Shown piece after piece: positions 16,550-17,609 of a stretch of DNA of 17,609 bases. The notes under the pieces are model-generated. The model ran no database searches, had not been told where the DNA came from, and was given only the letters and a program-made list of their open reading frames with translations. A program made the position numbers and the translations under genes. This DNA is from a virus (taxonomy: Duplodnaviria > Heunggongvirae > Uroviricota > Caudoviricetes). The DNA is taken from positions 1 to 17,609 of the IMG/VR virus record IMGVR_UViG_2675903413_000002; one strand, 5' to 3'. Each line of letters begins with the position of its first letter. The first letter of the stretch is position 1.

Positions 16550-16912
16550 TGGTGGAGCTGGCGGGAGTTGAACCCGCGTCCGAAATTCCTACATCCTCGG
16601 TACTACATGCTTAGTCAGTCTTTACATTCGCTTGCCAGCTGCGGACGGACACGCCACTAACAAACTAGCCTGATTAAGTTTTAACGCTTCAACCCCAGGC
16701 AGGGCTTCCACGCGATCTCTTTTGGGTTTGACCTCTCTTGATCCCCGTCCTAAGAGCGGAGGCTAGGGAGAGAGGGCTCTAAGCAGGTTATTAAGCTGCT
16801 AAAGCGTAGTTTTCGTCGTTTGCGACTATTTTTTGCGGCTTTTTACGAGGCCAACCGCCCCTCGGCATGCACCTTGGGTTTCGCAAATCCCGTCGAATCC
16901 AGAATCAGCCCC
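16550..16912 (-). ncRNA. ssrA: tmRNA (transfer-messenger RNA, SsrA)
   Basis: Minus strand begins GGGGCTGATTCTGGATTCGACGGG and ends …GGTTCAACTCCCGCCAGCTCCACCA; contains the tag reading frame GCAAACGACGAAAACTACGCTTTAGCAGCTTAA (ANDENYALAA); 363 nt, enterobacterial-type. Confidence 0.95.
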
Positions 16913-16926
16913 AATGTGTAAAGGTA

Positions 16927-16932
16927 AGTATA
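16927..16932 (-). promoter_or_regulatory. ssrA promoter -10 hexamer (TATACT on minus strand)
   Basis: TATACT lies about 15 nt upstream of the mature tmRNA 5' end on the minus strand, consistent with a precursor processed by RNase P; the -35 was not confidently identified. Confidence 0.45.
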
Positions 16933-17126
16933 CCAGATTTATGAGCGCCATGACCAGCCTCAATGGCGTTATCGTTAAAGATTTAGCACCCATGTAGCCT
17001 GATTTTTATTCGATTAAGCAATGGGATGGCAACATTTGTGTCGGATGTGATAGCCAATAAGATGTTCATTCGCGCCGCCGGAGAGGGAGGCGCGGTGAGG
17101 AACTGGTCAATAATTGGAGTGCAGGT

Positions 17127-17609
17127 TTAACGGTGGGCGTTTTTCATGATACGTGCTTTATCCACCTGCCATTCGCGCTCTTTGATATCTGAACGTTTAT
17201 CGTGCTGTTTCTTACCTTTGGCGACGCCGATTTTCACTTTGCACCAGGCATTTTTCCAGTACAGGGAGAGCGCCACTACGGTATAGCCTTCTCGATTGAC
17301 GCGACCGTACAATGAGTCCAGTTCGCGCTGGTTGAGAAGTAACTTGCGGGTACGGGTAGGATCGCACACCACATGCGTGGAGGCCACGGCCATTGGCGTG
17401 ATGTTAGCGCCAAACAGAAATGCCTCTCCGTCACGCAGAAGGACGTAGCTGTCGCTGATATTGGCTTTTCCTGCGCGCAGGGATTTAACTTCCCAGCCTT
17501 GCAGGGCAAGTCCCGCTTCGAACTCTTCTTCGATAAAGTATTCGTGACGGGCGCGCTTGTTAAGCGCGATGGTCGCTGAACCAGGTTTATGTGCTTTTTT
17601 CTTCGTCAT
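17127..17609 (-). CDS. smpB: SsrA-binding protein SmpB
   Basis: 160-aa [31 protein letters not shown]… essentially identical to enterobacterial SmpB; directly upstream of ssrA on the same strand; start codon at the window edge. Confidence 0.95.

Noticed and set aside
16550-16600. ssrA 3' end as the prophage attachment core (integration into the tmRNA gene)
   Set aside because: No copy of the tmRNA 3'-terminal sequence was seen near the int end (1735-2115). ssrA also keeps its own intrinsic terminator, and a short candidate core lies next to ogr instead. Integration into ssrA with attL outside the window cannot be fully excluded.

Overview
Window is a defective P2/186-like prophage (about 2.05-15.93 kb) sitting just downstream of the chromosomal smpB-ssrA (tmRNA) locus, flanked by two AT-rich accessory genes. 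All family assignments below come from reading motifs in the supplied translations; no database search was run. The prophage keeps its lysogeny/early module on one side: integrase, CI-like repressor, a candidate pR promoter with operator repeats, Apl/Cox-like and CII-like regulators, a TraR-like zinc finger, a Dam-type methyltransferase, and the gpA rolling-circle replication protein. Next comes a LexA-box-controlled small-ORF/DinI-like pair and a cos-like sequence. It has lost almost all morphogenesis genes: a portal C-terminal fragment is fused directly to a tape-measure C-terminal fragment, followed by U, D and ogr. Between cos and the portal remnant lies the most interesting feature, an AT-rich two-gene cassette (9871-12598): a protein with an N-terminal DUF4297/PD-(D/E)xK-like nuclease motif, translationally coupled to an SMC-like coiled-coil ATPase. 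This looks like a Lamassu-type (LmuA/LmuB-like) anti-phage candidate in a P2 defence hotspot, but the family assignment is unverified. Outside the prophage, at the integrase end, is an AvcD/dCTP-deaminase-like gene (kinase-like P-loop plus dCMP-deaminase zinc motif); at the ogr end is a WYL-like/BRCT protein gene next to ssrA. Prophage boundaries are tentative: a short imperfect repeat (TGAGAA...AACCTGCT) is present at both expected positions, and no copy of the ssrA 3' end was found at the integrase side.
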